Positions 62,414 through 64,000 of a stretch of DNA of 64,000 nt are shown one piece after another. Where the stretch lies: assembly GCF_039654945.1 (NCBI RefSeq), contig NW_027361788.1, positions 22,010,001 through 22,074,000 of the forward strand. Direction: 5' to 3'. The stretch comes from Dendrobates tinctorius (taxonomy: Eukaryota). Numbering within the stretch: position 1 is the stretch's first letter; the number at the start of each line of letters is the position of its first letter. The notes under the pieces were generated by a model. That model was not told where the DNA came from and did no database searches. It saw only the letters and a list, made by a program, of their open reading frames with translations. The translations under genes were made by a program, and so were the position numbers.

Positions 62414-64000
62414 GAATGATAGATGGGGCCCACCATACACTGGAACATTCCAAAGGTGAACATCAGACACTGGAGCAGCATTTACAGGGCCCATTATACA
62501 CTAGAGCATTAGAAATGGGGCCCATTATGTTTGGAGCATTATTTGGGCCCATAAGACAGTAGAGCTTCATCCATGGGGACCAACATATACTGTAGCATTA
62601 TGTGGAGCTCATCATATACTGTTTCAAACATTATATGGGACCAATGATTCTGTATGGAGAAATAGATGGGCCTCGTCATGAGATGTAAAAAGTGAGGTAT
62701 TTTTCATTGTACTATACCGCTATTTCTCTGCCGTATCGGAGCATGATGAGTTGTTGTATGTGTTAAAGGGGCGCTCTTTCGCCCAGGGCACATGAAAACC
62801 TGGAGCCAGCCCTCCCCCCCACAGTCTGTAGCCAAATAACCCCCATTTTCCAGTGCGTAACTTGTATTATGAAGTTAATTAAGGTTGACAAGCTTAAGTA
62901 AGAAGAATTGATGCTTTTGGCATTCAAATGGGCACTGTTGGTGTGTTTCCTGTCCTCCTCTCACTGCCAACTTTTATTCCCCATTGACTTACATTGGGTT
63001 TCGTGTTTCGGGACGACCCCGACTTTTCCCTATAATCGGATGATCTTCACGAAGCGAAACGCGACCCTAAAAAACCAAAAGTCACTCAACTCTACTTATT
63101 ACGCCTTCTAAACTCTTGACGTTGCGTCCTAGACAAAACCCTATCACATTGCATAGGTTCAGAAGTTTCTTCAAAAGGCAGCACAACCTCTCGTGTACTT
63201 TTACGATCACATAAACGTCGATCAATTTGAATGGCTAATGACATGGAGTTGTTAAGACCAGAAGGGACAGGAAATCCCACCATAACATCTTTTATGGTTT
63301 CTGCCAGATCTTTCCGAAATAGAGCCGCTAGGGCATCATCATTCCATTTAGTAAGGACTGCCCACTTTCAGAACTTCTGACAATATAACTCTGCAGCATC
63401 CTGATCCTGGTTCAATGCCAATAAGGTCTTCTCAGCTTGAACAATAGCATTAGGTTCATCATACAACAACCCCAGGGCCTGAAAAAACGCATCTACATTA
63501 GCCAGAATAGGATCTCCAGGTGTCATCCGCGCAGCAGGGAGATGACAATTTTAACCTGCTGCACCGAGCTCCCCGATGAATTAGGTTTCAAAGCAAGAAA
63601 TAGTTCACAGTTATTCTTGAAATTCAAAAATTTAGACCGATCCCCCGAAAACACATCAGGAGTAGGGATCTTTGGTTCTACAGCAAATGATTGAGCAAGA
63701 TAGGCAGAAATTCCCCGCACTTCAGCGGCGAGCTGCTCAACACGATCGGACAATTGCTTAGTCTCCATTAAGGAAAAGATCCTCCTACGGCCCTAGAGAA
63801 AAAGAGGAAAAAAATATATAAAAAATTCTGACACTTTTTTTTTTGCAATTCTTTCCTTCTTTTGAGTACCCTAGAGTCTACAGTTTTGGCTGGTGATTCT
63901 GTTATGAATGGGTCACCGAGGAGGATGGCAGGAACAGGCTAACCACCAGGAAACCAGAGAGGTTGGTAACTAAGCGGATTGCAGACCCCTGATCCTATCA

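Larger units (their letters stand above)
55350..63094 (+). mobile_element. hAT (Ac/ZBED-like) DNA transposon, 7745 bp
   Basis: TIRs TAGAGTTGAGCGA / TCACTCAACTCTA; perfect 8-bp TSD CTTATTAC (55342-55349, 63095-63102). Confidence 0.95.
51668..64000 (-). mobile_element. Chromovirus 2, degraded (internally deleted 3' LTR 51668-51835; 5' LTR starts 63900)
   Basis: gag (63095-63768) and PR/RT/RH/IN/chromodomain fragments (51800-55349) paralogous to chromovirus 1; PPT at 51836-51850. Confidence 0.92.

Overview
A 64-kb eukaryotic window with no recognisable host gene. The element families point to a vertebrate, probably a frog (inference). It is mostly transposable elements arranged in three nests whose boundaries can be read from target-site duplications (TSDs). 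Nest 1 (8179-24221): an old LTR element contains a non-autonomous Harbinger. The Harbinger's (TA)n tract holds an intact DD36E Tc1 transposon and a Gmr1-like Gypsy (SCAN-like gag; PR-IN-RT-RH order). The Gypsy contains a second Harbinger that keeps a 7-exon MADF/BESS gene but has lost almost all of its transposase. Nest 2 (34503-51108): a solo LTR contains a second solo LTR, which contains a Neptune-type Penelope-like element (PLE) with hammerhead ribozymes and an inverted pseudo-LTR. The PLE holds an intact DD34E Tc1 and a Tf1/sushi chromovirus with a self-priming signature, plus a 2.3-kb templated duplication. Nest 3 (51516-end): a second chromovirus carries a captured 168-bp ORF-like filler and a 7.7-kb hAT element with internal tandem arrays. 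Also present are a tRNA-derived SINE, a CR1 LINE and a Helitron carrying a G-rich minisatellite. The most notable observations are the ribozyme/intron/promoter module of the PLE, the transposase-less MADF Harbinger, Gmr1 LTR ends that both lack the terminal base at (TA)n junctions, and the chromovirus self-primer. Most are instances of known classes; novelty could not be tested without database searches.
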